Source: a virus. From it: a DNA stretch of 64,000 bases. The notes beneath the pieces were generated by a model. The model ran no database searches and was not told the origin of the DNA. It worked only from the letters and a program-made list of their open reading frames with translations. The position numbers were made by a program, and so were the translations under genes. This document shows, one piece after another, positions 1-10,900 of this stretch. The first letter of the stretch is position 1. Each line of letters starts with the position of its first letter. The DNA lies in the IMG/VR virus record IMGVR_UViG_3300036863_000086, positions 8,477 through 72,476 of that record. The stretch is one strand, 5' to 3'.

Positions 1-687
1 CGTGTTTAGCATCCAATCGAGCATTGGATACTTCGTGGTGATCACATAGTCTGCTGTATCAGTACTCGACGCATTTCCGTACGGGTCATAGCCGATCCAG
101 TCGATGTAGGCGTCACCAGGGTACAGCGTATTCATTCGGCCAATCGTAGTGGTATATCCACTCGGCTTGAATACCCACACCACATTAGTTGCACCTTGTG
201 CCACAAAAACGTCATGCACGTGCCGCGCAGCAGATGCATACTCAGCGTCGGTGCCATAGGTGCCACCCTGGGCCGTCGAGCTGGCGTTCATCTCATTGTG
301 GAAAACCATTAAGAACTTCTTGCCAAAGTCACGCATATTCTGCGCAGTAGGAATAACATACGTATTGTCATAGGTTCCTGCTGCAATATCGGCCCATTTG
401 AATTGTGTTGTTGTGCCATAAATTCTTGGTACCCAATGGATCATTAAGATTCGGCCTTCATTTGCTAAGACTATCTCATCGGCGTTCGGGAACGTGCCAG
501 TGAAATCATTCCAGTCATGGTAAGAAACGACGTAATTAAGAATGCTATTAGTGCTTGCGGTTCGGCCAACTTGCGTCTCATGATTGCGCAGTCGAGTCAG
601 AAACGACGTGGAGGTATCACAGGTATTACCAGGGTAGTATCCGAATAGACACCCAGAGCTTGGAACGAGCTTGTCTGATAGTGTCAT
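1..687 (-). CDS. Glycoside hydrolase family 26-like protein (tail-associated; runs off window edge)
   Basis: Manual translation from ATG at 687 (ATGA overlap with upstream stop): MTLSDKLVP...WADIAAGTYD...FHNEMN...VVWVF...LYPGDAYIDWIGYDPY, matching GH26 HEMN and YPGDxYVDWxGxDxY motifs; not in ORF track because it is open at the edge. Confidence 0.75.
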   Translation of the reverse strand, partial: MTLSDKLVPSSGCLFGYYPGNTCDTSTSFLTRLRNHETQVGRTASTNSILNYVVSYHDWNDFTGTFPNADEIVLANEGRILMIHWVPRIYGTTTQFKWADIAAGTYDNTYVIPTAQNMRDFGKKFLMVFHNEMNASSTAQGGTYGTDAEYASAARHVHDVFVAQGATNVVWVFKPSGYTTTIGRMNTLYPGDAYIDWIGYDPYGNASSTDTADYVITTKYPMLDWMLNT

Positions 688-866
688 CCGACGATCTCAC
701 TTCCTTGGTTCGGATCACGAAATGTATCGTCTGTGCGCACCAGAGTAATGCTAGCCAGAAGCGTATCCAAAATCGCCTCACGGTCATTACGGCTCGCTTC
801 AAAACCACCAAGCTGCGAGAACTGTCGAAGCAGCCGCACGAAGTCCGTTTCAGTCATGGCAGCCAT
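684..866 (-). CDS. Hypothetical protein
   Basis: 60-aa ORF tightly coupled to both neighbours. Confidence 0.6.
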   Translation of the reverse strand: MAAMTETDFVRLLRQFSQLGGFEASRNDREAILDTLLASITLVRTDDTFRDPNQGSEIVG

Positions 867-1567
867 TACGGAACCTTGTCTTCCAATTCAACAATAACCG
901 AAAGCTGCGCGCCACTTGATCCTTGGTCAATATTCATCGAGAGCAGGTCATCAGCAATAAGGTCAAGCGTTGAAAACGTCGTGACATTCGTGTTGATCGC
1001 CTGGCCAACAGTAATTGTTGGTTTGCTGCTGCTAATCATTGTCACGCCATTTTTACGCAGGTCAACCTGTATGGACAGTCCAGTTGATCCAACCGTGCCA
1101 AGACAACAGCGGATGCCAATCAGCGTTGCTGAGCGCTTGACACGATACTTATATGTTCCGACCGTTGGGCTTGAAACCGTATCAAACGTAAAGTTCGCTT
1201 CTCGAAATCTGCCTGGCATACCGTGGTCGTGATCGAGCCCCGAAACTTGTGGCCCAATGCCTATTATTGGAGAACGACTATATGTGCTGTTCGTGACAAC
1301 TGTTATCCCAATTGATGGGCCATCTAACCAGGCACTACCACCAGCGGTCGTCGTCCCTTTGAGGAATTTGCCAATTGTTGCAGTTTGCGGCTGCCCGTCG
1401 AGGTCGTAGCCGACTTTATCTTCAAGTCCAACAGTTGCTTGCGACGTGCGATCATGAACATTCGAGTGATCAGCGTTTGGATCGGTATTCCCACCAAGCG
1501 GTTTCCCTGTAACGTCAGGGATAATGTCCCTTTCTTGTGGATAACTTGTCTGGCCTAATGTGGCCAT
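866..1567 (-). CDS. Putative minor tail protein
   Basis: 233-aa Thr/Gly-rich ORF in tail module. Confidence 0.6.
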   Translation of the reverse strand: MATLGQTSYPQERDIIPDVTGKPLGGNTDPNADHSNVHDRTSQATVGLEDKVGYDLDGQPQTATIGKFLKGTTTAGGSAWLDGPSIGITVVTNSTYSRSPIIGIGPQVSGLDHDHGMPGRFREANFTFDTVSSPTVGTYKYRVKRSATLIGIRCCLGTVGSTGLSIQVDLRKNGVTMISSSKPTITVGQAINTNVTTFSTLDLIADDLLSMNIDQGSSGAQLSVIVELEDKVP

Positions 1568-1576
1568 GGCACCCTC

Positions 1577-1825
1577 CTACGCCGGCGCAATTTGCGTGAC
1601 CGTGCCAGCTCCACCACGGAACCACAGGGCGCCGCCCTGGACGTAAAGAAACCCGCCTCCGGTTGTCGGCGAGCTACCAGGAACTTCAATTGCTTCGCCG
1701 ATGTGCGCAACGCCGGTTGTCGCCGCGCCGGTACCACCCTTTTCAATATTTTTCAATCGCCTCTGGATATCCCAGGCCCATGCGCGGAAATCGTGGTACT
1801 GATCAAGTGGGCTATTAATACTCAT
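1577..1825 (-). CDS. Small tail-associated protein
   Basis: 82 aa, overlaps upstream gene by ATGA; GGGFLYVQGGALWFRG C-terminal motif. Confidence 0.6.
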   Translation of the reverse strand: MSINSPLDQYHDFRAWAWDIQRRLKNIEKGGTGAATTGVAHIGEAIEVPGSSPTTGGGFLYVQGGALWFRGGAGTVTQIAPA

Positions 1826-3369
1826 ACCAACTCACCTCCCTCAACATAAATGTTCACGGATTCTTCGTCATTGGTACCGACTGTTAGCTGATAACCAGTC
1901 GTCCTGAGAACTTTATCAAACTGGTCATACCCATTATCGATTCGAATTCGCGCACTGTCCCCAGGACTAAACGTTCCAATGAATGGAAGGTCACGGCCCT
2001 TCATCGTGAGCGTCGGGATCGTCGAAGACGCTTTACGCAAATTCAAATCTTTTCTCGCCTGAGTCTCGACCTGTGTACCACTTTTCGCATTTTTTGTTTC
2101 AACTTCGCCTTCCATAAGACCATACTTAGTCATCGATTGCGCGTCGGAAACAACGCGGACAATCATCGCTTCGCCGTCGCCTGGCCCAAGACCGGCGTCG
2201 TTGTTAACAATCGTTGACGCAGCCCGTGGTAAGCTATAATCAGTGAGATTTGACTTGTACTCAAGAACTGTCGGAATAGTGTTCCCCCGTCGTGGGACGT
2301 ACGTACGAAACTGGCGCGTCGTGGCGTCAATACTATAGTCAAATCCTGTCACGACATTATTCGCCAAGTTCTGAATTTCATTAAGTAGATTTGGGCGCTC
2401 CCAAAAGTTGTACGTCACAGTAAACCCGAGTGCTGGACCATTCGTATGCTTATCAATAATGTGAAGATTGCCGAATGACTTCGCCTGTGACATTGTGATG
2501 AGTGTTCCAGCAATCGCTGGCCCATTGGATGTAGTAGGAAACGTCATCGTCTTATCAATTCGACGAAAGTTAAAATAAGAAAGCAAGCCGTTGGCCGTCA
2601 GGTGAATAACCTTCTCAGAGGCATTGCCACTGATTTGCCACAGGGGGCCAGCAAAGATCAGTGAGCCCTTACGCCACAACCACAGCTCATGAACACCTTC
2701 TTCAACCGTCAAACGGGAGACATTTGGATGAAAAACTGGAAGATCAACTCGTAGCTCTCCAGCATCATTCAACATGTCTTCCATTTGAATGTTGAAGTAT
2801 GGAAGCTGTGCAACACGCTTTCCAAACTTTGTTCTTGTTTCAAGCACATAGACTGCCGACTGGCCAAATGGCGCACTTGTAACGAGCGTGATTTGCGTTG
2901 GAGGAGGCGGTGGCGGCGGAGCTGGGACGAATTCACCGTCGTAACCAATTGTTCCGTCATACGACGTATTGTGATCGTCATAGGAAAGTCCAGTAATAAC
3001 ATCAGAAGGTACAGAGGCGACCAGTCCATTAATAGTAATCTGTGCAGTAACGGCGAAAACAGTTGCACTGTTAATTGCCGCAAATGTACCAGGAAGACCA
3101 TCAATTGTAATCTGAGCTGTAACAGCTACAACAGGCGTATCAGCTATTGCTTCGAGTGCATCAATCGAGATAACGGCAACAGCAGCGAGGACTGTCGCGT
3201 CACCTGCTGCAAGACCATCAATGGTAATGAGGCCAACATCAGCAGCGACCGGCGTATCTGTAACTGCGATTTGGCCATCAATAGTGATTTGGGCAACGGC
3301 AGCGTTAACAGTGGCGTCACCAGCAGATTGACGCCCTAGAAGATCGTTAACATGCTGCCAACCTGGCAC
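1822..3369 (-). CDS. Minor tail / baseplate hub protein (ReqiPepy6 gp37-like C-terminal part)
   Basis: 515 aa; LIFAGPLW, ANGLLSYF, LGPGDGE, FSPGDSARI motifs typical of actinophage siphoviral hub proteins; repetitive N-terminus and poly-Pro linker. Confidence 0.7.
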   Translation of the reverse strand: MPGWQHVNDLLGRQSAGDATVNAAVAQITIDGQIAVTDTPVAADVGLITIDGLAAGDATVLAAVAVISIDALEAIADTPVVAVTAQITIDGLPGTFAAINSATVFAVTAQITINGLVASVPSDVITGLSYDDHNTSYDGTIGYDGEFVPAPPPPPPPTQITLVTSAPFGQSAVYVLETRTKFGKRVAQLPYFNIQMEDMLNDAGELRVDLPVFHPNVSRLTVEEGVHELWLWRKGSLIFAGPLWQISGNASEKVIHLTANGLLSYFNFRRIDKTMTFPTTSNGPAIAGTLITMSQAKSFGNLHIIDKHTNGPALGFTVTYNFWERPNLLNEIQNLANNVVTGFDYSIDATTRQFRTYVPRRGNTIPTVLEYKSNLTDYSLPRAASTIVNNDAGLGPGDGEAMIVRVVSDAQSMTKYGLMEGEVETKNAKSGTQVETQARKDLNLRKASSTIPTLTMKGRDLPFIGTFSPGDSARIRIDNGYDQFDKVLRTTGYQLTVGTNDEESVNIYVEGGELV

Positions 3370-3990
3370 TTACGAAAGCACCTTTCCTTTTGGAACACAC
3401 ATTGAAGCACTTTGCTTTTCCCTATACTCAGGATTAGCCCAATCTTGTAGTCGGCGCCGGCTAAGCTTTTCATTCCTCTGGCTCCATGCATCACTACTAC
3501 GATCCGCAACTAATCCAGCTTCGCTGAGTGTGCGTGACCTGATATTGTGCTTTCGCATAAACCTGCGAACAGCAGCGGGACTGACGCCGACCAACTCCGC
3601 AATCGCCATCTGCGTCTTATTTTCAACTAGATAGAGCCTGCGGACTTCCTCGGCCCCCAGTTTCTCCAAAGCACCAAAACCAGTTACTATTCTTATGGCT
3701 TCTACGTGTGGTAGAAGCTCAATAAGTGCTTCCCGCTTTACTAAGCAATACGGTATCAGATTGTTAATGACATAAAGGAGATCCTCTCTACGTTCAATAA
3801 GCAAGTTATGCACAGGTTTGGAATTGGTATTGACATTTTGTTTTGTACGAATTTTCCCACACCTCATAAACTGTTGCATGGCAATTAAACTATCCAAGTG
3901 AGTATTACTCCAGGATAATGACGCTTTTCTGGCATGCCAACCTACATGACCTTCGCCATCGAAATAACCAGCAACGTAGCTCCAGTTCAT
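3370..3990 (-). CDS. Free-standing LAGLIDADG homing endonuclease with C-terminal HTH
   Basis: MNWSYVAGYFDGEG motif; C-terminal TQMAIAELVGVSPAAVRRFM HTH; GAGG RBS before ATG at 3990. Confidence 0.8.
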   Translation of the reverse strand: MNWSYVAGYFDGEGHVGWHARKASLSWSNTHLDSLIAMQQFMRCGKIRTKQNVNTNSKPVHNLLIERREDLLYVINNLIPYCLVKREALIELLPHVEAIRIVTGFGALEKLGAEEVRRLYLVENKTQMAIAELVGVSPAAVRRFMRKHNIRSRTLSEAGLVADRSSDAWSQRNEKLSRRRLQDWANPEYREKQSASMCVPKGKVLS

Positions 3991-3997
3991 AATTACC

Positions 3998-4438
3998 TCA
4001 CGATAAGATTTTCCAAGCATAACTGCGTCCCGTGCCGGACGTTTGCTTCAGCGTAAATTTGCACGAAATATCGCTGGGAACTGGCAGTGACTGCTTGATC
4101 ATTGAGGACTGTGCGTTACGAATCACCAATGGTGGATACATGAGTCGCTCAGCTCCAGCGGTCAACACGGTGTAGTACACACGAAGCTCAGTTTCATCGC
4201 CATCTGCCATGTTGGCGCAGTCAACAAAAAGCGTGTACACCTTTGCGCCCGTCAAAGTTGCAAGGGTATGCTCGGTGCTAATTGTAGCGGCTTGCGTGCC
4301 AGATGCTTCCAGAACGACTGCTGACATCGGCTCACCTCCTAACGCGCTGTAGAATTTTGGAAAGCTCTTGGGATACGTGCGGCCATAATTTATTGGTACT
4401 GTGTACGCTCGCGGATATCGTAGGGGATATCGAGGCAA
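3998..4438 (-). CDS. Hypothetical virion protein
   Basis: 146-aa ORF in tail module; alternative start at 4327 (MSAVV) with GGAGG RBS. Confidence 0.6.
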   Translation of the reverse strand: MPRYPLRYPRAYTVPINYGRTYPKSFPKFYSALGGEPMSAVVLEASGTQAATISTEHTLATLTGAKVYTLFVDCANMADGDETELRVYYTVLTAGAERLMYPPLVIRNAQSSMIKQSLPVPSDISCKFTLKQTSGTGRSYAWKILS

Positions 4439-5254
4439 TCATCGTAGTCCTAAAATGGCAATGTCAACAATGCGCTCGACTGCATCAGTTGTCGTTGATG
4501 ATGACCTTGCAGAAAGTCGCACACCAGATGGGATGTTGAAAAAGAATGGTCCCCAAACCTGTGGCGTCACTTGGTCTTGGCCATTGCTCTTCAATTCTAA
4601 ATCTGGAATAATGATTTTCTCAGATGCCGCCGCGCCAACGGCAACGTCCACTGCGTAGTCAGCGACCAAACTTCTGTTGGTCGCATTGTTACCAAACATT
4701 ACAATAACACCGCGATAGGCAGCGGTCGTTGAAGCAATAAGTTGTGCGTACGAGCCCTTTGTGTTGGCAACGGCTCCAGCATCAATAGCAGTTCCACCAG
4801 AGTTTGCAGTACTTGTGCCAAGTGAATCAATAATTTGAAATCCAAATTCACCAAACATCGATGCGGAAAGTGCATAACACGTGGCATAAAAGCTGACAAG
4901 CGTATCTGAACCTTGCATTCGTGCGGAGATCCGCTTGCCAGATGGAATCCATACTGGAATCCAGAAATGAAACGAGAGCCCGTTCCCTCCGCCATAGATA
5001 TAGATATTTGGAATAATGATTGTTTCAGAGCCAGCAGCACCAACAGCAATATCAACGAGCATATCTTGAATATTCGAACTTGCACGGAAACAAAGAATGA
5101 GTACAGATGTCTCATACGTCGTTGACGCGATGAGCTGTGTGTACGCAGTCTTTGTATTTGCCGTTGAGCTGGGGCCAATTTGGACGCCATGCGAACTCGA
5201 TGGAGCTGGCCCACGCTCCATCGATCCGTTTTCGAGTAATGCCCAGCTCGTCAT
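4439..5254 (-). CDS. Putative tail accessory protein with internal duplication
   Basis: Two copies of ANTKxxYxQLIAST...DxAVGAAxSExIIIP...IPSGxRxSAR. Confidence 0.65.
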   Translation of the reverse strand: MTSWALLENGSMERGPAPSSSHGVQIGPSSTANTKTAYTQLIASTTYETSVLILCFRASSNIQDMLVDIAVGAAGSETIIIPNIYIYGGGNGLSFHFWIPVWIPSGKRISARMQGSDTLVSFYATCYALSASMFGEFGFQIIDSLGTSTANSGGTAIDAGAVANTKGSYAQLIASTTAAYRGVIVMFGNNATNRSLVADYAVDVAVGAAASEKIIIPDLELKSNGQDQVTPQVWGPFFFNIPSGVRLSARSSSTTTDAVERIVDIAILGLR

Positions 5255-5691
5255 GAGAATGTCGCTTGGAAGAGTCCAGCGGTTGCCCAGGTAATCGTGA
5301 AGTTCCCACCAGTTGAGCTAACGTCAACGCCAAAGTCCTGCCACATAATGAGGCGACGAGCGGTATCAACACCACCAGATAGATTGTCATATACGACAGC
5401 AAACCTTGCAGTAATCGTTGATGCTGGCCAAACAGCATCGCCACCATCGAATGCCCAAATAAAGTTTGTTGTAGTAATCTGAACTGGGGTCGGCAGCACT
5501 ATGCCACCAGCCACGTAGCCAGTTCCAGTAACTTCATTCGTCACGTCAGATTTGAATTCATGAGTGTTTTGATTCGGCACATACAATGATGTGCAAAGCA
5601 TCACCTTCACTTCGTTAGCTACGTCAAGATCAACATCTTTCGCAAGCAAAGTCCTCAAAAAGTTTCTATAAACATGCGCTGTAACAGCCAA
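5251..5691 (-). CDS. Putative minor tail/virion protein
   Basis: NEVTGTGYVAGG and VSSTGGNFTITW motifs common in phage virion proteins; TTG start after GGAGG. Confidence 0.65.
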   Translation of the reverse strand: MAVTAHVYRNFLRTLLAKDVDLDVANEVKVMLCTSLYVPNQNTHEFKSDVTNEVTGTGYVAGGIVLPTPVQITTTNFIWAFDGGDAVWPASTITARFAVVYDNLSGGVDTARRLIMWQDFGVDVSSTGGNFTITWATAGLFQATFS

Positions 5692-5702
5692 TGTTCACCT
5701 CC

Positions 5703-6194
5703 TCACGTGGCAACTGTAGCGCAAATAGCCCACATATCAAACGAACTAAAAGAAGCTAATGGTATAAGCTCTGAGAACCATCCAGCGTCGTTATTCGTGC
5801 CGCCCCCAGGGCGGTCCCAAATAACCTTCACGCTCTCATTTCCCTCATAGCCCCCTCCCAATACCTTCTTTCCAGCGGGACAGGTTGCACTAACAAGATA
5901 CGACGCGCCAGGATGAAAGTCGGTAATAATGTGATTATTAACAACTTCATAGTTAGAAATACCTGGAGCGCCAGCAGGCCCCTGCGGGCCAGTCTGATTC
6001 CAATTCAACGCTGCAAAGCCGCTAGGGCACGTTGCAGCAGAGTCGATTGCAATTAGCGAGCCTTGCGCTGGATTGGTGGTTTTATAGCAACCATGGATAA
6101 CACCATCAGGCCCAGGAATCGATGCATACGCAATAGCTCCAACAGTAACCACAAACGCTGCAACAATTCCTATAATTAAAGCTTTCTTAAGCAT
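5703..6194 (-). CDS. Secreted protein with short collagen-like segment
   Basis: Signal peptide MLKKALIIGIVAAFVV..AYA; IHGCY; WNQTGPQGPAGAPG; CPAGKKVLGGG. Confidence 0.65.
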   Translation of the reverse strand: MLKKALIIGIVAAFVVTVGAIAYASIPGPDGVIHGCYKTTNPAQGSLIAIDSAATCPSGFAALNWNQTGPQGPAGAPGISNYEVVNNHIITDFHPGASYLVSATCPAGKKVLGGGYEGNESVKVIWDRPGGGTNNDAGWFSELIPLASFSSFDMWAICATVAT

Positions 6195-6203
6195 GGCACT
6201 CCT

Positions 6204-7043
6204 TTAACCAAGAGCAAACCAACGCATAGTCATGGTCTGTGCGCTTGCAACGGTGTTACGGAATCGAAATGTTGTTGACGTATAGCTATCAGTGCCAGCG
6301 ACACCGCCAGGCCCACCACCAATGCCCTGCCCTGACCATAGCGCATGGACATAAACAGGCGTGAAACCAGCACCATGCGTGACAGTCTGGTAACCGCCTG
6401 AGTCAGTGGTGAACGTTTGTGGGCCGCCAAAGTGGAATCGCAGGGTAAAGTCACCGGATTGGCTCCCAGCCAAATATTTGCTAAACGAACCGTCATTGTC
6501 GACAATTCCACCACGACGCATTGGTGCAATCGTTGGCTTGAGACTTGTGATATTGGCGTTGACAATCGTTGTCACAGCAGCGCCAACAAAGACTCGTGCA
6601 AGTTTGAGTGTCGAAATTGGCGGCGTTGGGTCAACCGGCGAGCTAGAAGGCGTACCAGTCACGACTTCCAATGCCCACAGATTGCTACCACTTGAGTCGT
6701 AGATATTGTCATAGGCGTGTGCAACAACGAGGTCGTTTCGACCAAGTGTTGCATGAGCAGCAGCAATTCCCTTGTTCACTGTGGCGTCGTTGTAACAACG
6801 ATACATTCCTTGGGTAGCAGGCGTCGTGTCGCCACGAACATACGCAACACCAGAGGCGACATTGACGGTCATGTTCGGCGTGCCATTTTGCGTCACGTTC
6901 ATATCCGTGCTTGTGACAACGCCACCGTCTGTTGCAGTACCCTCCAATCCATTGGAGTCACGCATAAAGTCGTGCCAGAACGCACGATCAGCAGTTGCGT
7001 TATAGCTGAGCGCGTCGAGAAACTGTGGCGATTGCTCTGCCAT
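6204..7043 (-). CDS. Minor tail protein
   Basis: PNMTVNVASG, RNDLVV, VVTGTP..P..P motifs typical of actinophage minor tail proteins. Confidence 0.7.
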   Translation of the reverse strand: MAEQSPQFLDALSYNATADRAFWHDFMRDSNGLEGTATDGGVVTSTDMNVTQNGTPNMTVNVASGVAYVRGDTTPATQGMYRCYNDATVNKGIAAAHATLGRNDLVVAHAYDNIYDSSGSNLWALEVVTGTPSSSPVDPTPPISTLKLARVFVGAAVTTIVNANITSLKPTIAPMRRGGIVDNDGSFSKYLAGSQSGDFTLRFHFGGPQTFTTDSGGYQTVTHGAGFTPVYVHALWSGQGIGGGPGGVAGTDSYTSTTFRFRNTVASAQTMTMRWFALG

Positions 7044-7051
7044 GTCACCTC

Positions 7052-7906
7052 CTAACTATACGCATTGCGAAACAGCACTGTGACTTGTCCACCAGATGTA
7101 AAGTTTTGCGCAGTGAACACGAAATCGTTGGCGCCAGCAGCGAGCTTGATAAAGTCAACACCCTGCAAAATGTCAATACGATCAGCGCCATTAAATTTCA
7201 CAGTTCGCAATGCGGTATCAATGACGAGCTGATCAGTTGATCCAAGTACAATGTTAAACCGCATTGTTGTGCTCAGTGTGACATTCTGCAAAATCGGAGT
7301 GGTCGCTGGGCCATCGATGAGAATGGTTGGGAACGAATACGTATTGCCTTGGTTGGTAACGGTAAGCGTTCCTCCAGTAGAAACTGTGCCATAAGCGTGT
7401 GGATAAATCTTCGGATATGACCGCCCACCAATCGTCGAAGGCAACCCCACAGGACCGATTTTCAATGCTGATGAATCATAAATTCTCGGGTCTTCACAAA
7501 GCATCTGTGCCTGAAACGAAACATAGCCAGCGTTAAAATCAGCGTTCAGTGGATAACGAACGCCAAGTGGATAGCCAAAGACTACACGCTGTGGTCGACC
7601 TCGTGGGCGAAAATACAGTGGAAGCGCAGTTGTGCTTGGTTGCCAATTCGCTTTGAGTGCATCGATCGTTGTAAATGGATCGCTGGGGTCAAAACGAATA
7701 AAGCCACTAATAGCAACTGATCGAGATTTCGTAAAGCCAGCGAACACATAGGAACCGTCGCTACCATCTCGGTCATTCTCAATGACGCGAAACTCGGGCA
7801 TGTCAAGCCCGTCGACAGATTCAATGTCGTACGTCAGGCCGCCGCCCATGAGCTGGCCAGTATCGCCAAGCTGAAACGTCCATTCATCCAAAGTTGGCGC
7901 GACCAT
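7052..7906 (-). CDS. Distal tail protein (Dit)
   Basis: Immediately downstream of tape measure; CEDPRIY, NQGNTYSFP, IDGP motifs. Confidence 0.75.
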   Translation of the reverse strand: MVAPTLDEWTFQLGDTGQLMGGGLTYDIESVDGLDMPEFRVIENDRDGSDGSYVFAGFTKSRSVAISGFIRFDPSDPFTTIDALKANWQPSTTALPLYFRPRGRPQRVVFGYPLGVRYPLNADFNAGYVSFQAQMLCEDPRIYDSSALKIGPVGLPSTIGGRSYPKIYPHAYGTVSTGGTLTVTNQGNTYSFPTILIDGPATTPILQNVTLSTTMRFNIVLGSTDQLVIDTALRTVKFNGADRIDILQGVDFIKLAAGANDFVFTAQNFTSGGQVTVLFRNAYS

Positions 7907-7908
7907 GA

Positions 7909-10900
7909 TTAACCTCTATTAGCGATTTCCCAACCCAGCCGCTGTGCGTGGTACACAGGATTGATCTCCTGCGTCTGAATGTTAAAAATTTGCGTGACGC
8001 CACTCTTGTCGGGCGGCAGCACGCGCTCTGGTTTTCCAGTACGATTCACGGCAATGGAAACGCCAGGTGGCAAGTAGCCGCCCCGGTCGTACCAGTTATG
8101 TGCAACCTCGTGCGCCCATGCGCCCGCAGGAGTGCCATACCGCCCACGGATATATTGAATCATCCAAGCAAGTTGCGCGAATGCGGCGGTCATGACATCG
8201 GAGCTAAACGCTGCCCTCGGAAGTTTCGATGCAGGAAGCGCTTGAGGAATGCCGTAAGCGCCGGAGCTTGGGTTGGTCGCATGAACGTTATAACCAGCTT
8301 CACGCATTTCTAGAAGATCAAATGGTCGCCACTGACTAATACCAAATGCCTGGACGATCATTTGATATGCTAGATCCTTGACTGACTTAAACTTCTGATT
8401 AATACCAAAGGCAATACCAACTCCCTGCGTGATACTGCCAAGTTTTTGCTCTGCCGCGCCTGCTATCGCAGAAATAAACTTGTGCGCAAGCCACGATATT
8501 AGTCGATGAACAACATCTCCGCCAGGAAGACGATGCAACGCGACATTAACTGCGGTCCCAATTGGGTCAGTAACTGCCCCAACAATGCCACCACTAGCAA
8601 ACTGATTCGCGTTAATAGCTTCAAGTAGTTGTCGATGTCGTGATGTTGCCGCTGCGTTGACAACGAACTCTCCGTTCGAAAGCCAGGCGTTAATGAGGTC
8701 AGCTCGCGGCCCGCCTAGTCCTCGGACCATGCCGCCAGCAGCAACTCTCCTGCCAGAACCTGACGTTCCCCGTTGTGTGCCGCCGCCACCAAGAAGTGGA
8801 ATCTCTGGAATGTTGAGGCCAACGCCAAGTTTTTTGGAGATACGGTCGAGCGTTCGGATAAACGGGTTCAAGACATGGCTAATAACCCAGTTCACTGGGC
8901 CTGAGAATATGCCCTTAATGCTATTCCAAATAATTCGAAATGATTCAACTAGATTCTTCCAGATCGTCTTGAATGGTGTAAGCTGATTCTTAAAGAAGTC
9001 CATAATGAGCTTCCAGGCGCCCTTCACAAGACGAGAAATGGTACCCCAGCCTTGCTTAGCCAAAATCCTGAAAGACTCCCAAAGGTTCTTCCACAGCGTC
9101 TTAATAATGTCCCATTGAGATGTAAAGAATGTCTTGATCTGGCCCCAAACGAAGCGGAACGCGGTGTTGATCGCACGCCAAAACGCCATGCCAACGATCC
9201 TAAACGATTCCCAAAGGTTCTTCCAAAGCACGACAAACACAGCCCACTGGTCAAGGAAGAACCTCTTGATTTGTAGCCAGACGAATCTGAATGAAGTATT
9301 GATCGCACGCCAGAACGCCGCGCCGATGATCTTGAACGATTCCCACAGGTTCCTCCACAGCACCACGGCGACTGCCCACTGGGCCTTAAAGAAGTCTGCA
9401 ATAATCTTCCAAACCAGTTTGAGCGTTGCAACGAAACTATGCCAAGCGGCCGTCAATTGCTTCCCGAAAACTGACCAAAGCGTCGTCCATGGGAGAAGCA
9501 GCAACGCGAGGAACACCGCGAACGCAATACGAATGATCTTCCAAACGGCTTTTAGAAATCCAAGAACCGCGTTCCAAGCATCGACAGTTGTCTTCTTTGC
9601 AAATTCCCAGCGGTCCTTCAAGAAGCTAACAATAGAGTTCCAAACGCCCTCGGCGATGTCCTGTGCCGAGTGCCAGAGGTCCGTAAAGAACTTCGCAACG
9701 TCATCCCAAATTCGAACGGCAAACGTTGCGATATCGTTCCAGATGCGAATGAAGAATGTCTTGATATCGTTCCAGATGCGAATGACAAACGTCACGATGT
9801 CACGCCAGATTCGGACCATGAACGCCCAAATCGCTTTGTGATATTTAATGATCACAATTGTCAAGGCGATAATGGCAATAATGACGACAACAGTCAAACC
9901 AGCGACAATGGCAATCGCGCCAGCAAGCCCAGCGCCGATAGAACCAATAACGACCGCAATCGAGCCAACGAGCATCGCAAAGACACCAATGATCGTTAGC
10001 ATGATCCCGCCGACAATAGCCATAACCGACGCGAACAACAGGAAGTAGCCAATAAGCTTCTTCGTGTGTGGTGAGAGGTTCACAAACCACTGCACAACTT
10101 TGGTCAGTTGGGTAATAAATCTAGAAAGAATTGGAATCAGCTCGTTGCCAAGCTCAATCTTAAGAATTTGCCAGTTGTTCTTTAAGAGTTGCGACTTTGC
10201 AGCAAACGTTTGCGCCATTGTGGTATAGGCTTTTTTCGTCGCTCCAGCAGAATTACCAACATCCCTGATGAATTGGTTAAGCTGCTTGGTGTGGTCAATC
10301 GCAAGGTCGAAGAATCGGCGTGCTTGAATCGTTCCTTGCGCCCCAAAGACGTCCTTGAACAGTCCAGCTCGCGCAGGCGCTTGCAGTTTCGCAAATGCCG
10401 GCGCCATTTCTGTGAGCAGTGTGTTGATTGGCCTCATCTTGCCGTGTGCATCGAGCAAGTTAATACTAAAGCCCTTGAGCCACTTTATCGTGTCTGGAGC
10501 TAGTTTTTGCCCAATAAACTTCGCTGCCTTAATGGCTTCCTTGCCGATATCTTTAAGTCCTTGCACAGTATCAGCTCTTCGGAACATATCGGAAAGTCGA
10601 GCAATACCAACGGCAGCCATCGCAACAGATTGGCCGCGCCGTGTGAGGAACGCCATGGTGCCAGCAAGAAATTCGAAGCTCTGGCCAGTCGCACGCACCG
10701 ATGGAATTGCACGGCCAAGGACGCCAGCAAACTGCTTGTATGTTCCGACACCCAACTGCACCATCTTGAACTGTACGTCGAAGATATGTGTCAAACTCGA
10801 TAGTGGCAAGTCCCATGAGTTCAAAATAGCAATTGCAGTTCGACCAACACTAATGATGTCATCTTGGCCAGCAACAGCCGCGCGCGAGAATTGCAACAGA

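Noticed and set aside
3370-3990. Group I intron around the LAGLIDADG gene
   Set aside because: Flanking genes are intact and abut the ORF; no room for an intron core
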